The notes under the pieces: model-generated
What the model was told of the DNA's origin: nothing
Seen by the model: the letters and a program-made list of their open reading frames with translations, nothing else
The model's database searches: none
NCBI GenBank assembly: GCA_964252035.1
Contig: OZ176208.1
Source of the DNA: Podarcis erhardii
Taxonomy: Eukaryota
Direction: 5' to 3' (one strand)
Length of the DNA: 64,000 nt
Part shown: positions 36,401 through 51,400 of the stretch, one piece after another
Layout of the letters: every line of letters starts with the position of its first letter
Numbering within the stretch: position 1 is the first letter of the stretch
Translations under genes and position numbers: made by a program

Positions 36401-39400
36401 CTGAGTTACGCATAGCGACCTTTTAAATAATTATTAGTGCATTCACTTCACAGGGCTAAGTATTCAGAAATACAAGCCCAAATATCTTTTGAGCTACACA
36501 TTTCTTTAGAGCTGCCCTTTAAACCTCGGATTTACTACTGAAATTCATACATACACTACGCTAGGTTGTGAGAATGAAGTGTGCTTTATCTAAAAATTTT
36601 GCTGTAGTGAGCAAAAGTCTGCCCTGCCACTCCATCTTATGCAGCTTTGTTCCCCCCACCTGCCACTGAGAGATGCAAGGCTTCATGAACTTCCTTCTCT
36701 TGGTTGCTGGGGGGGGGGGGGGCACACAATGAGAGGGACAAAGTATTTCTCCCCTGTGTGTCTTCTGTAGGGTTCCTTCTCTCAGTGGCAGCAGCAGGAG
36801 CCTTAGTCCCTCCCCTGCTGCTGCAAAAAGGAAGCCTTACTTTCATGTTCCGAATTCTTACCTTCCTCTTCCTGGGGCGGGTGAGGGGGCAGGCCTTTCT
36901 ATGGCCACCCACCTCTTCTAATAAGCAAAACTGTTCCATTTATTAGAAGAGGTGGGTGGGCTATAGTCAGGCACACCACATCAGGGCCTGACTTCTCCTT
37001 TACGTTCTTGCTGGTCCAGCAGGAATGTAAAAGAGGAGGAGTTAAGCTGATGAGTTGTGCAAGAGAAAGGTGTACATGCTCAGCGAGTGATCCCTTACAT
37101 TCTGGCTGGCTTGTGCTTATTAGAGAAGGTGGGTGGACAACCACCCACATCTTATAATAAGCAGAACCTGGCTGGACCATAAGGAATGAATGAGCTTGTG
37201 CTTCAGCTGCTGCTCCTCTCTCCTCTTATCTCTCATGCTGTGGGTTTGTCATGACAAGATGCTGTTTTGCCACTCTCCTAATCATCTGTCGAAGACACGT
37301 GCCCCCTCTTACGCCCCACTCAATTTGGGCCTGAGAGTGAGAAAACACCGTTTTAGGCAAGAGTTGTGCTTTATAATATGTGTAATATATGAAGAGTTCT
37401 CTATGCACCTTGGGTTCTTCAACCTTGGGTTCTCATCTGTTAATTCTCTTAAAAGCTGTGGTCAGGGTTACCTTAATTTCTTGTGGAAGGCACAACCACC
37501 GCACTCCTGGAAAGTTGTATAAAAGCAATGCACTGCAGTTATCATAGTGTTGAGAACTAGGACTGGTACATGAGCTGAGTCTGGCAGGGTGAAGGGCTTG
37601 CTGGAAGAACAGGTTGAAAAAGTGATCCAACCGAGAAACATTTCCTACGTGACAAAAAGCACTGAACAAACATAAAGCAAAATTTAGAACAACAAGAAAT
37701 GTCCTTCCATAACCTGTGTGCACAGCAGAAATTGTTTTATGGCAGGATACCACAATTTGACTTAACTTTCTGGAAGGCAGAAGGAAGCACAAGACAGCAA
37801 ACCATAATTTCCCCTTTCATGCTATTTGAACTTCAATAGCGTTGTTTGGATGTCATGATAATTCACAGTTAAAACTCTAACTTAGATATATAATATACAG
37901 CAAGGAGAAAAGTGGATGGGATTGGGGCATTCATGGCAAACCATTAACTATGCTGTTTAGAGCATGGGATTAAAAAGGTATAAAAAGGAAAGGAACTGGA
38001 GGAAATTTCAGTTATGCACATTTCAGCATTTCACACACATTATTTTAGCCTTCATGTAAACACTTAAATTACAACTAAAATTTAATATTTGAAGACAATG
38101 ACACATAATGTTTAATGGGAAAAAATACCACTTAAGGAAGTTTGACAATTAAGAGGTATATTAATAGTTGAAATATAAGAAATGAATAAAATGTTTTCTA
38201 AAATTTTACTGGGGAACATATTTTACAATGTTTTAGACAATGATCCAAAGAACCATACAACAAGTTATGCGCATCTATGATACCTGCCTAGGGTAGGAGG
38301 GAGTTAGGCTTGGAAGAGCTCCTGGTTGAAAATATAATCCTCAAGCCTAGAAGCAGGTGATTTTTACTAGCCAAAATATGAAAAATGTACACTCCTTTGG
38401 CCTCACCCCCTGCAGCAGCTTTTCTATGGTTACAGCATCCAAACAACTTTGGGACTTGTGTTTTTCTAAGAGCATCTCCCTAGGCCACATAGTGAAACAT
38501 TCAAATGAAGTTTGAGCTATGGAATGGGGACGTACTGTTCAAAGAAAGTTCAAACAATGTCACAGGGCATATGCAAGAACTTAAACAAGCATGGAATGTC
38601 TTTCATTCCAGTTTATGATTATTATTATTAAGTGGCATCTGGAAAGTAAAGTGAAATATGAGTAAGTTATGATGCTCAGAACACAAAATTCATTCTGTCA
38701 CTGAGAAATGAAGTAGGATAACCTTTAGCAAATTATGTCAAAGAAACACATAAATTACACATAGCCTGAAACTGCCCAGCTAATTCTGTACACAATAAAG
38801 CTTTGAAATTGAGTTTCTCACTATGCCGCTTCAAGGCAAATCATTTTGGAACTGCAAGTTTGCAAATAAAGGGACAGGGATTTGTGATCCAAATGAAAAT
38901 TCTCCTGAAATCAGATTTCAAGCAACACAACATCATATCCAAATCCCAAATTTGCAAAAGGATTAGTAATTACAAAACAGTGTATATTTAGGAGTATTTT
39001 ACCTGTCCAGAGAGCCATACATAAATTTCAAAGTCCGGACAACATCTGCAATCATGTTCCTTAGCTGAGAGAGAGGGACACTGTAATACCAAAACAACTC
39101 CTCTAAGAATTGTGCTAACATAATACAATGAATACAGATACAGCTGAATGACAAAATGAGCACAATCCAGGAAAAGGTAATTAGTTGAAACTAAGTGTCA
39201 CTGAAAGTAATTGAATGCCAGTTCTGAATTTAGGATTACCAGCTGTTACATAATGTCAGAAACTATCTACATTATCCAGCAACAATATAAGAGAGCTAGT
39301 GGCTTATTTTAGACATTACCAGCACCACCACCATTTAAAAATGTCACTTAGAAAAAATATCTCACAAATTTACCTTTCAGCTGGAAGGCCAATTACAAGG

Positions 39401-42400
39401 AGATTATCCGATTCCTTCCAGTAAGCGACATGGATCAGTTTTCCACATAAAAACATTGATGAACTACAAAACATCAGCACACAAGGGAACAATTTATCAT
39501 GAAAGCAGCTTATAAAGAAATATATAGGCTACAATACCTTGCCCCATAACTCTGATTAGCTGGCCATAGTGGCTATATAGTAAAATGGTTAATTCTGTGA
39601 TTTTGAGCTTATAATTAGGGGGAAGGTTGGATAGAGGGGGGTGAACTCTATCATCACCAATAACAATTCAAGTTTCTTTTTCCTGAGTGGTAATGTGGAT
39701 GTTTTTGGCTACAAAGTTATATGATTTATTTTTTCAGTCAATGTTTTATTATTTCTTTATTTGCAAATTCCACAAGCAGCATAATTTATATGAGACAGTT
39801 TAACATTACTGATGTAAAACTAGTATATCTATAAAATTTGTGCCCACAAGGCAGAGGAGAGAAAAAGGAAGGAAATAAAGGACTCTGACCTGATTATATG
39901 TGTTCCTGTCATGTTTTCCAGTATGTCACACAGCGTAAGAAATATTCCTCTTACACTTTTCATTTTTTGGGAAGCTTCTGATATGGGATATTGGTAAAGA
40001 ATTTCTTGCTGCCAAAAAATGCCAGTTTGTGTATCAGTTAAGAAAGAATTATTGATGAATTATATTTTAGCAGGTTTTAGCAGCCCCCCCCAAATCTCCT
40101 ACATGAAAAACTGCAGATAATGTTGCTTTAAAAATATATCTGTGAAAAGCATATACTATCAATAGATAGTTCTATTTTGTTTTCTTACAATTACAATTAC
40201 TGTATGTATGAGTTGTAATGCTTAATTTTGTGGGTGATATTCAACACTAGTCTGAAATAAACTGAAATATGATGTCACCTGTTTCAGGATACCATTGCAT
40301 AATTATCTAAACCTTTTAAAACAAGACTCAAGATTCAGATTTAAAAGTTAATCTTAGGCATATTTACTTGGAAGTTAGTCCCACTGTGTCCTAGTAAGCT
40401 CGTTTAGAATTGCAACCTTAATTATTATTCTTAACTAATTTAACTGTGTCCTGGAGGCTCTTTCTCTTTTTCTTTCTAGGCAGTACCAAAACCCTGTTGG
40501 GAAATTTTTCTTTTCAAACTATTAAAAAGGACCTTCAATCTCACAACTGAGAGAACTGGCAAGTCCGTGCCACTTTCATTGAGTTTAATTATCTGTCTTT
40601 AAAATGCCCAACTAACAAGGATATTATTATGCATCAATCTGTCTCATCAAGGGGGGGAAATGGGCTTGTTTTTTTTATCGCACTGCACAAAACGGAGAAA
40701 AAAACCTTATTCCTTTTTAATGAACAAAAATGCTTTTACAAGGTTCATCTATGAAATATCTATACTCTTTCCCAGGGAAAGAAAAGAAAATGCAAAACAA
40801 AGAACTTAGCAGCAGCTTCGCTTCTAAATATTAAGTGTTGGTAAGGTCTAACACGTATTGCTGCACCAGATTAGGCATCTTCAAAACAAACTGAAAGGAG
40901 TCTTGGGGGTTTAATGGGTAGAAAAGCCAGGGATAATGGACTTAATAAAAGAAAAGAAATTGTAGTTGTAAACGCAGTGGCTTTTTTCTAAACAGAGCAG
41001 CGTTCTATTAACTAGTTTGACAGTAAATAAATTACATTTTAATTTTGCTTGTTTCTAATGTAATGTACTTTTCCTCCAATCAACAGAGCTTGGGCATTAT
41101 GAGAGCACTGAATGGAATTCTTGACATAGAACTGTGCAGCTGAAAGGCTGCAAGAGCCTCCAAGAACTGGACTCTAAAAAAGCACCCTTTGTTGAAGAGT
41201 GTCTTTTCTCAGGGAAAGGAGATAATAGTCTGCTGCTCTGTGGTAAACAAAAAACCGTAGCCTCTATGAAACTCATTCAAATTCATGGTATTAAATCGGG
41301 AGCTATCTTATGAAAACTTCAGAATTTGCATACCAGAAAGAGCTTATGAAGCCCGAGTCCTTGGTTTAGATGAGCACTAAAATTCTAATGGTGTGGGCAG
41401 CACTTGCTCTGTTAAGGCACACACATCATATAAAGATGAAGCAAGCTCAGGTACACCAAGCTGAAACAATGGCATGTAACATTCATATTAATAGTGCAAG
41501 ACAAGATTAAAACTAGCTGCAACAGTGATTTCATTGCAGATTAATTTCCTTCAGCACTTTCCCTGGGTACAAGGTATCAGTTGCCCCTGCTAAAACATTT
41601 TAAAACATTTTTTTCACAGCACTAAAGACTAGAAAGTTGCTATTTAAAAAAAAAACCACAGCAGAAATTCACACACGGTTCTGAGTATTATATTTCTTTA
41701 TTTCTACTACTGTAGTTCAGAATTAGTAATGGGTTTCAAAATTTTTTATGTTAAGAATACATACCTCATCCTTAGATGTATCAGAATCCAGTTTGAGTGA
41801 GAGGTACATAATAATATGTGGTATACTTTGGATAGAGAACTGTGGGTCATTGTAATGGTCTCTCCACAACACTTTGAGCAGGTTATTCATGGAGGATTGT
41901 GTCTGCTTACATCTTTGTTGGGATGCATCTTTTGACTCAAAGAATGTTGTTTCAAATGTAAGCTTCACCTATTGTAAGAGTTAAAATAATTTAACAGCTT
42001 GTACCTGCTAGGTGAAGACCAGTCCTTTAAACTGCTTTTGAACTTAATCCCAAAGTGTGACAGTGAGCAGGTTTCACAATACAGTACAAGTGTTTGGCTT
42101 ATTCAGAAGTTTTTAGCATTAGCCTGAAAAATAGTCAATTTCTGCTACAGTATAAGAATTAATTTCAATTGCAAAGCATCCAAGTTAAAGCTCTCCAGAG
42201 GTTTGCTTTCAGTGATCCTGCTTCTCTTTTGGCTCAGCTTGTTCAGTACATGAGGAACAAGCGAAATATAATACAGCATTTTGGGAAACCTATGTGAGAA
42301 GCAATACAATATTTCTATTGAATACTATCCAATAGCTTTAGAAATGCAGGAAGCATTTAATTCATAGCAGCCATCTGCTATGAAAGGTTTTATCTGGAAT

Positions 42401-45400
42401 GTTTGAGCAACATGCAAATCAATGCTCTACTAATAAATGGACAGGGAATTCACTAAACAAAATTGCCCATTCCTGTTCAAATGCCAGCATACTGCAGTAA
42501 CTACAGCAACTCTGAGTCTGACTAAAAGCAGCCAGTGAACTAGATTTTCATTGGAAACCATCCAATGTTTAACATTAGTTTTAACTAACAAGTTCAGGCA
42601 TAATACCATCTCTTATCCAAGGGCAAAAGACAAGGGGTGAATGTTAGTTAGACAGATTGAAATCAATGGATTTATGTCTATTGATTTCAATGGTCTATTC
42701 CAAGTATGACTTTGCCCTTGGGGTGGAATTACATGCTTCTCTCTCTCTCTCCCCCCCCCTGCAACTCCCCCACACTCCGAAACAAGGGGATATATTTTGA
42801 GGGGAGGCTGCATTTTATAGAGAAATGTACTTGTATAAATTGCATGTAAAAACACAGGCTTCAAGTCTGTATGTTTTTCTTAGAACACTAATTTTTAAAA
42901 AACTGAGTATAGTATACCTGCATAGGACCAGGAATGCAAGACAAAACCCTTTCTATATTTTCAGAGTTTACATCAACATCATTTACTGCGACAAGAACAT
43001 CTCCTGAAAGTTGAAACAAAAAAATAAGATTAAAATAGCAGCAGGCAAGCAGAACAAGAACACACTTTTTGATAAGAAAGTATGGCACAGAAGCTTTTCT
43101 GTTAAGAATTGGTTAAGCTACTACTGAACACCGAGGGTTAATTTGGCCCACAGGCCGAAGGTTTCCCACCCCAATGTAAAGTAATTCTTGGAAGGCCCAG
43201 TGTAAAAACCAACAACTTCCGGTTCCTCTCAAATAACATTTTCTTATTCTGCCTGCTTAGCAGAAGTTTATATAGAAGTCTGACTGACTCTTGAATTCAT
43301 CTGTCAATCACATTCCTAATCTAATTACACAGTCATCACTGGAAGCAACAGAGGAATTCTTCAGAATAGTATGTGTGCTAACACAACTGAAAAGGAAGAG
43401 CACTGCCATGTTTGAACGTACCAATTCTAGGTTTCTCAGCATCAAGCAAGTTGCTATATGGCAACAGCAAGTTTCTCCTTGAGACAGCATCCAGCTCAAC
43501 TTTTGCATTTCTCTATTTGCCCAGCAGGCACACATCTATTTCTACTAAATTCAAATCAGACAGCCTGGCCCTCCCAAAAAAACACGCTGGAAAGGAGAGA
43601 GATGGGATTGTAGAGTGTCTCCCTAGGTTTGCTGGAAGATTAGTTCTGTCAGGCTTCTCCCTCATCAGCAGCCACTCCATTAGATGATGATGATGATGAT
43701 AAAATTTCTACACCACCATAAACAGAACACCACCCCACAGTTTAAAAGGCAATAGATTATTTCATTAGCCAAAGGCTAATATAGGAGGAAAAGAGAGTTG
43801 GGACTGCAGAACCTCTTCACCTGCTCTGTAGAAAGACCAGCAACTTCTTGAGCCTTCTCTCCTTGAAATTTTTCCATTTCAGTCAGCCATTACAACTAAA
43901 AAAACTTTTAAGTTTGAGTCTGCTTCCCCCCACTCATCTCCTCCAAACCGTTTCCCTTTACTGCCATGTCTTTTTAGATTATAAATCTGAGTCTAATCAG
44001 CCCTGTTTAGGGAAGTTTTTAATGTCTGATGTTTTATCATTTTAAATTTTTTTTATTATCATTCATTCTGTTGGGAGCCGCCTAGAGTGGCTGGGGAAAC
44101 CCAGCCAGAATGGCGGGGTATAAATAATAAATTGTTATTATTAATGAAATTTGTAAGCCGCTCTAGGAATCATTTTTGGCTGATGAGCAGGATAAAAATG
44201 CTTTATATAAATCAATAGTGAGTATCAGTGCCAAGTGGCCAATATGACATCATCTTGCTTTTCTAAACTTTCTTTTGGAAAAAGCCTTCTGACTGCTGTG
44301 GGCTCTCCTCTCTTACATCTCTGATTGGCTTCTATGCCAGACAAACCATGGTTCATCAGCTTGAACCATGTCAATTTTGTTACCACTAACCTAAATTGTT
44401 ACCCCTGCCCACAGCACCTCCCTACCCAAAAAAGATTCCCTGAAGAGAAATTACCACTAATTAATCAAACTAATATCTCAAAAACTAGAGAGGAAAAAAT
44501 ACGGAAATAAAGTTTCCTGTACTCAGCTGTGGGATTCCATTTTTATTTATTTTGCTCCTGCAGCTGTAACATTAAAATTTTCCATTGTGGCTGGATAGAA
44601 ACTGAATACCTAAAATCTAGCCACCAGAGTATCACTGTTATTACCTTTTCTTTAGGCAATTCCTTCATAATAATGCATTGCAGGAGTAAGCTGCTCAAAA
44701 ATGCCATGATGACAGAAGTTGTAAGGGATGCCAATTTTCACTGAAAACTCACAATCTCGCCTCTTGTTAAGGCTCTTGTAGCTCCAAGCCTCTTTACCCA
44801 CCTGGTTAATATACCAGGTGTCTTACTTGGAATACAGAAAAATTAATGGGGGGAAATGTTGCATGGCAGGCAATAAACAAAAAGTGAAAAAATGAGTTTA
44901 GAATTCCTTGGCATGCTTTAGAAGTTAGCCAGGGTATAGGCCTGTACTAGCATAAGCTCATTGAAAGAAAGCTGGGCAAGCAAGAATACTTATCCACTTT
45001 ACACTGTATCGGCAATGATTTAAAACTACTGTTTTTAGATCACAAATAAAGCCTGAATAAAGAACCTCAATAGTTTTATTAAAAATGGGGGGCGGGGATG
45101 ACACACTTGGTCAAAAATCAGAAAAAGGGAGAATGAAGTATCAATTTTCATTACTTTAAAGTCAGCTGCACCTGTGGCATTTTTTAAAAATCAGATCAGT
45201 TTGAAATTTGGCACTTTCATGGACCTCATCAGATAGCCCATATACGCCAAGCTCAAGAATTTTAAGGCTTATAATTGCAGGCCATTGTTTTTCTTACTTA
45301 AGTAAAAGGGCACTCCCATGTCCCTTTAATAAGGTACAGAAATAGATTCATATATAAGGTGCACAACAGAAATATGCCATGCAGATTTCAGACAGCTGTC

Positions 45401-48400
45401 TTAAATAGCGGTCTTCTCAAAATTTACTTATTTGTATTTATTTAACAAAACACATACACTGCTTGATAGTAACAAAAGCTCTAAGTGGTTTATGATAAAT
45501 ATTAAAATTATAAATAAAAACAAGTAATTGGAAACATTCAAAAACAATTAAAATCAACAGTAAAGAAACTGAAAACATTTCAACATCAATGTGTTTGGAT
45601 ATGCTGGCCTAAACAAAAATGTTTTAAGCCAGCACCAAAAAGAATACGCCAAAGTGCCTATCTGGTGTCAGCAGACAGAGGGTTCTTAAGTGTAGGTGCT
45701 GCTACACTAAAAGAATGATTTCTTGTAAGTGTGGAACTACTGTGTGGCAACCCACAGACTGAAGCAGCCAAGTGGGCACATTTGAGGTAAAGCGATTCTA
45801 TAATAAAAAACCGTTTAGATGTTGGTTGACATGAATTCTACAGTGCTACTTTATATACTAACAAATCTTACCAGTTATGATGATAGCTACCAAATATTCT
45901 TACTAAAGATGGCTAAACAAATACACGGATTTCCATGTATCAATGTTGTAATTAGTCAATGTCACATTGTGGTTAGAGAATGACTTCCACGAGGTTCACT
46001 GAATAGTCTCGAGAAAGCCTTGCCTAGCCCATCTTTGAAAGCTGTATGGAGGCAATAAATGAGAATGATGTAGGCCCTGATCCAGCTAAGGTTAGTTCTG
46101 AGTAAGTCCCGTTGCTTTCAGTGGAACACAATCACAACTGACTTTAGCTGCATTAAGGCCAGGAAATATGGTTTAACTACCGTTCAAATAAGGGAGGAAA
46201 GAAACAAGAATAAAGAAATGGAATAATTCAGGTTACAAATACATGAAAGGATTTATTGGCAGAACCCCAGCTAGCGAGATGGCAAATGCAATGAAGTGTT
46301 GCCATTTCCCAGCAAACACTATGCTAGATTACTGCTCCAGGCTAACTCTTTACCCATAGTAGACCAAGTTTCATTATGTTCATAGCTATTTTATTATGGA
46401 CCCTGTATCATTACAAGGGTACCGGTAACCTCTGCTGGTAGGTCAGGCAGGATTGCTGTTCTTTAAGAGTTTTAGCACAGAGGCATACAGCAGGCTTCCT
46501 TAACCTCAGCCCTCCATATGTTTTTTGGCCTACAATTCCCATGATCCCTAGCTAGCAGGACCAGTGGTTAGGGATGGGAATTGTAGTCTCAAAACATCTG
46601 GAGGGCTGAGGTTGAGGAAGCCTGGGCATACAGCATAATATCACCTTCATTTTAAGCTGTCCAGTTTAACAAACAACTTGTTTCTTTGGCAGTGACAACT
46701 GCTGTGGAAACACACAAAACAAAACACCATCTGGTTGCATGATTTTCTCCTATGTATCCATGCCTACTTCCATTTTTGGATTCCACTCAGGTCCTATTCC
46801 AACTTATTCCTGAAACAACATGGTAGAGAATTTAAAGTTTCAAAGTAAGTGGGGTTTTTGTATGTTTGCTTGTTTTTATAAAACTCTGGAATCACATCAG
46901 TTTCTTAAAATTAAAGGTAAGTGTTCATTTTAAAAGCAAGATGTACAGTTCGTTTAAAACTTTCTAGTTCTAAATACACTACACTAACATATTTCTTTTG
47001 CCAAAAAAGCAAAATTTGATCAAGATATTTGACTAAAAAGCAATGTATTTGTGCTTAATTACAAGTTATTTCTGCCAACTATAACAAAATTTGTAACATA
47101 CACATTTTGCTGTGTGCCACATTTAGATCTAAAAGTACCCAGTGTTCACTGCACATCTATAATTTTAAAGTACTTTATAAGGAAATTATATATCTGGATA
47201 TGAGTTGGCAGAAGATGCAGCTCACTTACCAGTTCAAAGCCAAACGACTGAAGTATGATAGAAAGGAAAGCAGAACATAATATAAAATAGCAGTTGGTAG
47301 CTTGGGATACTGCTTTTGTTCAATGCTAATATGCTTTTGAACAAAAAATAGTTTTAATTCTTCGTTGCCATTTTCCCAAGTTGCCATTTGCCTAAATGAA
47401 CCTTCCATAAATGTAAAGTTCATAATTACTCAGTAGCGTTCATAATGGATTTCATTTCTGCTAACATTAATGAGATTAGGTATTACATAATACCAGTATA
47501 GCCAAAAACAGAAGTGCCATTCAAGGAATTAAAAGGATATGCACACAAAAGGAAACCTTAACATTGTGCACGTTTGCATGTAATTCTTTTTAAAGGAACA
47601 GTGTTTACTGGATGAGTATGTGTGCTTGAAAGCTACCACAACATGCTTGCTCAGGGAAGAAAAATAATATTGGAACCTAGAGAGGTATTCTATTGGAGAT
47701 GTTTTACATTGAAATTAGGAAAAATATTCAAACTGTGACCGACTCCCTAATACTTACTGCTATTACTATACAAGCAACAACCATTTTAGGTGTGTCCAGC
47801 TGACATGCAGGTCCTTTTAGACCTGGAAGAGGGCAGTTCAGGGTGCGCTAATGCCTGCTCTGCTGATGCGCATGGGGGCCAGTAACGGAACCCTTGCACA
47901 ATATGGTTGCCGCCTGCACATGCCGCAGGGACAAGTCTATTGTCAAAAAAGAGCTGAGATTCTGAGATTCCTCGATCCATGGCAAGACCATGACCATGCC
48001 AACCAATTAAAAAGTCGTCACTTGGACTGAAATAAGTAACCCTTTCACCTCCCACAATACTGACTTGCATGGCCAGAATTGCATAAATTGTGACACTTAC
48101 CAATCAAGATGTGACCAGACTTTATTGCTGAGCTGCCTGGTATCAAACCATGTACTACAAGTTTCTCTTCATTGGCACTTCTAGATTCAATACTGTGATT
48201 ATGTTTTTCAGTTTTTCTCCATGGAGATTGATGGATAATCCCTATTAATGCTTCCAGAAGCTTGAACTGCTCTCCTCTCTCAGAATTTGATAGCCTCTTT
48301 GGATTTACATAAAGGCAGACATCTTTGTACCATTGCTGGGCCACATCCTCCACCCTCTGACCAGAATGGTGTTTCAGTATGGATGCTGGGCCAGAGGCAC

Positions 48401-51400
48401 GAACATCGCATTTGTCACTTGACATCTTCTTACTAGAATGTTTTGATAAAAACCTTTTATATTTTAATATTTTAGTGAACTTTTCCAGTCTGTGTTCACT
48501 CTTTCTATCTTTTTGAGATCGCTCACGAATAACCTCAGCTTCATTTTCACAAAACCTGACACGGTTCACCACAGGCATATCCAGAGAGGTGTCCGGAAGG
48601 AGAGTTTCTTCCTCATCTTCACTCAGCTCTAGATAGAATAATTCTCCATTTTTCTGTACACTATCTAACCATTCAGGTTCAAGGTCACTGTGAAAGACAA
48701 GGGCAGTATTAGAATGACAGTGAAGACAGAATGACCTACAATGTGCTTAATTTTGCAGCCCTCAGGAGCTAGTAACATAAAAGCACTTACAAGGAGGGGG
48801 ATGGGATGAACCACAGACCTCAGTCTAAAGCAGCTGCATTCAACAGAGACCTACTATTCAGACCCGGCGAAAGCATCTATCATAGAAACCAACATTATTG
48901 AAGCATTCTTTTCACACCCATGCCTCAATAAGCAACCATACATTTACAAGTGAGAGGTCTCATTTTGATTAAAAGGACAAGGCAACCTGCCCCATCTCCA
49001 GTTCAGTCTAAGCACATGGAAAGAAAAATATTTGCTGGGGCATCATGAGCAGCATGCAAATTAAAACTATATTGCTAGCCTACATTAGAGAAATTTTCTG
49101 TTGTTACATCTAAAAATGTTCCCCTTTTGACACTTTAGACTGATAAAGGCAAACCAAGAAAGCTACTTTTGCGTTTTAAACTTGTTTTTTATTAGTTAAA
49201 CAATTTAGAAACAATAATGCCAATTCCCTGCAATTGCTTTACAGTGGCACAGTTTGCATGTAATCCTAAATAATGGATTAGTACAATATTTATGAACTGC
49301 AAGAAGCCTTGGGCTTGTGTACTGCCCCCTCTTATATCCTATGTGGCTAGAACAAAGACTTTGGAAATTTTTACTCCTGGCTTCCTTTAAATACATACAA
49401 CGGGGGATCATGGTTTATCCAATGCTTATTTTCAACAAGCCAGCTTCAGAAATGATGGTTTGACATTGGCTTGTTTTAAAACTGACTATGTTAGTGTTAA
49501 ATTATCACCCTCGGTTCAGACTCAACAAGCAGCCATGTTTAAAGGAAACCAAAAGTCATTACCCCAGCAAGTAGAGAAGGGAGTGGATGAGCCCATGGTT
49601 TAGCAGGATGTGGCCAGATATGTGGGTGTGAGATGCAGTATATAACTCCATCACTCTTAACCCCATTATTTCAGAAAGGATGTTACTGACAACTTCAGTT
49701 GTCTCCCTATGTCTACAGTCCACTATAAAATAGGTATGAAGCAAAACACTAACCTGCCCAGCTATTTGCTAACACTGCCTCACAACAACACAGGATCTTT
49801 CTGCTTGTGCTCCTTCATGGACTGATCTTTTTCTCCCTAATGTATTGGACACCATTCCCACTTTCTTCAACCAGTACTACAGAACTGTCTCTCTTACTAT
49901 GTGCTTGCTTCATGGGACACAGCAGGGTTACCAGACAGTTCTTAAAATGTTGCTACTCATAGCTTACCCAATTAAGTTGAATGGGTGCCTATCTAAAGTA
50001 CTGAAACTGATCACTTGTCAAAATGGAAAGTGATCAAGATGCAGTAGGGGTAGGTTGGTGGGTACAATATAGCCATCTGGCAAGCACAATTTTTTGTCAG
50101 GCAGACTCTACTCAGACAGGTCTAACAATAGCATACTATGACCAGGGGGTCTGTTTGATCCCAACAGAAGATTGATACTATAATTTTGAGAAAATGGTGG
50201 AGGCAGCCTTTATGGTCAAATTTAAATTAACTTCTCAAAAGAGCTTCTAGTTCATATTAGGTCCTGCTTTTTTTTTAGTGCAGACTTGCAAATTAAGGGT
50301 TATATCCAAATAACTCATACGCAGCACAGATCCATTGAAATCATGACTGAGTATGGGTTAGTTGAATACAACTCTATGATTTGTACATAATTAGGAAATT
50401 AAGGCTGCAATCCCAACCCCACTTAACTGGGAGTAAATCCCAGGAAATTCAATAAGCCAATTTTCAGCAGACATGGTTAGGACCGTACTGTAAACCAAAG
50501 CCTATTCTACCAGCTCCCTTCCAAGTCTTACATTTCTGATTTTGACGTAGTTAGTGGGATATGGTACTGATCTGAGCACAAAATCAAGTTTCATATTTCC
50601 TTGCAACCTACAACTTATTGCATTATCCTACGACTCGTTTGATTTTATTCAGAGTCAGCAACTAAAACATCTGTACAAATTATGTGGTTTAAAATGTTAC
50701 CAATAAAGAGGTACTGGAATTTAAGAGCTTATAATCTGTGTTCTGTCACTAAAACCAGATAGAAAATTTCAGATGCATTAGGATGCTTTTCTACTTTTAA
50801 GAGCAAGAGCATGTGAGATTACCAGGAAAGGATGGGAGGGACCTGATAGCAATTAAAATCCTACTCTGAATGGAAAAAATCACAAGACAAAGAAAGGGTT
50901 TTTCTACGTGATTGAGAGAAGGAACAGGTTGGAAGGTAATAGCACTATTTAAATGTGCACATTGCTTCTGAAAAAGCCAGACTTCTGTTATACACTCTAT
51001 ATGCTAAAAACCCTGGGGTCTAGTACCACTGCTGGAAGAGCTGTATGCATTAAGACTTGACATGGGAAGGCAAATAAAGGGAGATTGAATTTATATGAAT
51101 TGTGATGGGAAAAATGGTTTGTGGGCCAAAGGTGCAGAAAGAAAGAAGAACACAATGGCTAAAAAAATTTCCTGTTGCACTTTCCTACTCTTCCCCTGTC
51201 TCAGACACTTTACAGGTAGAATACAAATAAATCACCATGCTCTAACCCAGGAGAGGCTGCTAACATTGCAAGCATTACTAGTACTAGTACTTGTCTGAAT
51301 GAGGTGCAAAAACTGCTTTGCAGCATCAGGATACATGTGTGTATAGAAATACTGTGTGTATGTCTGGTAGTCTGCGTTTTGTGCTTTAATATTTATTTGA

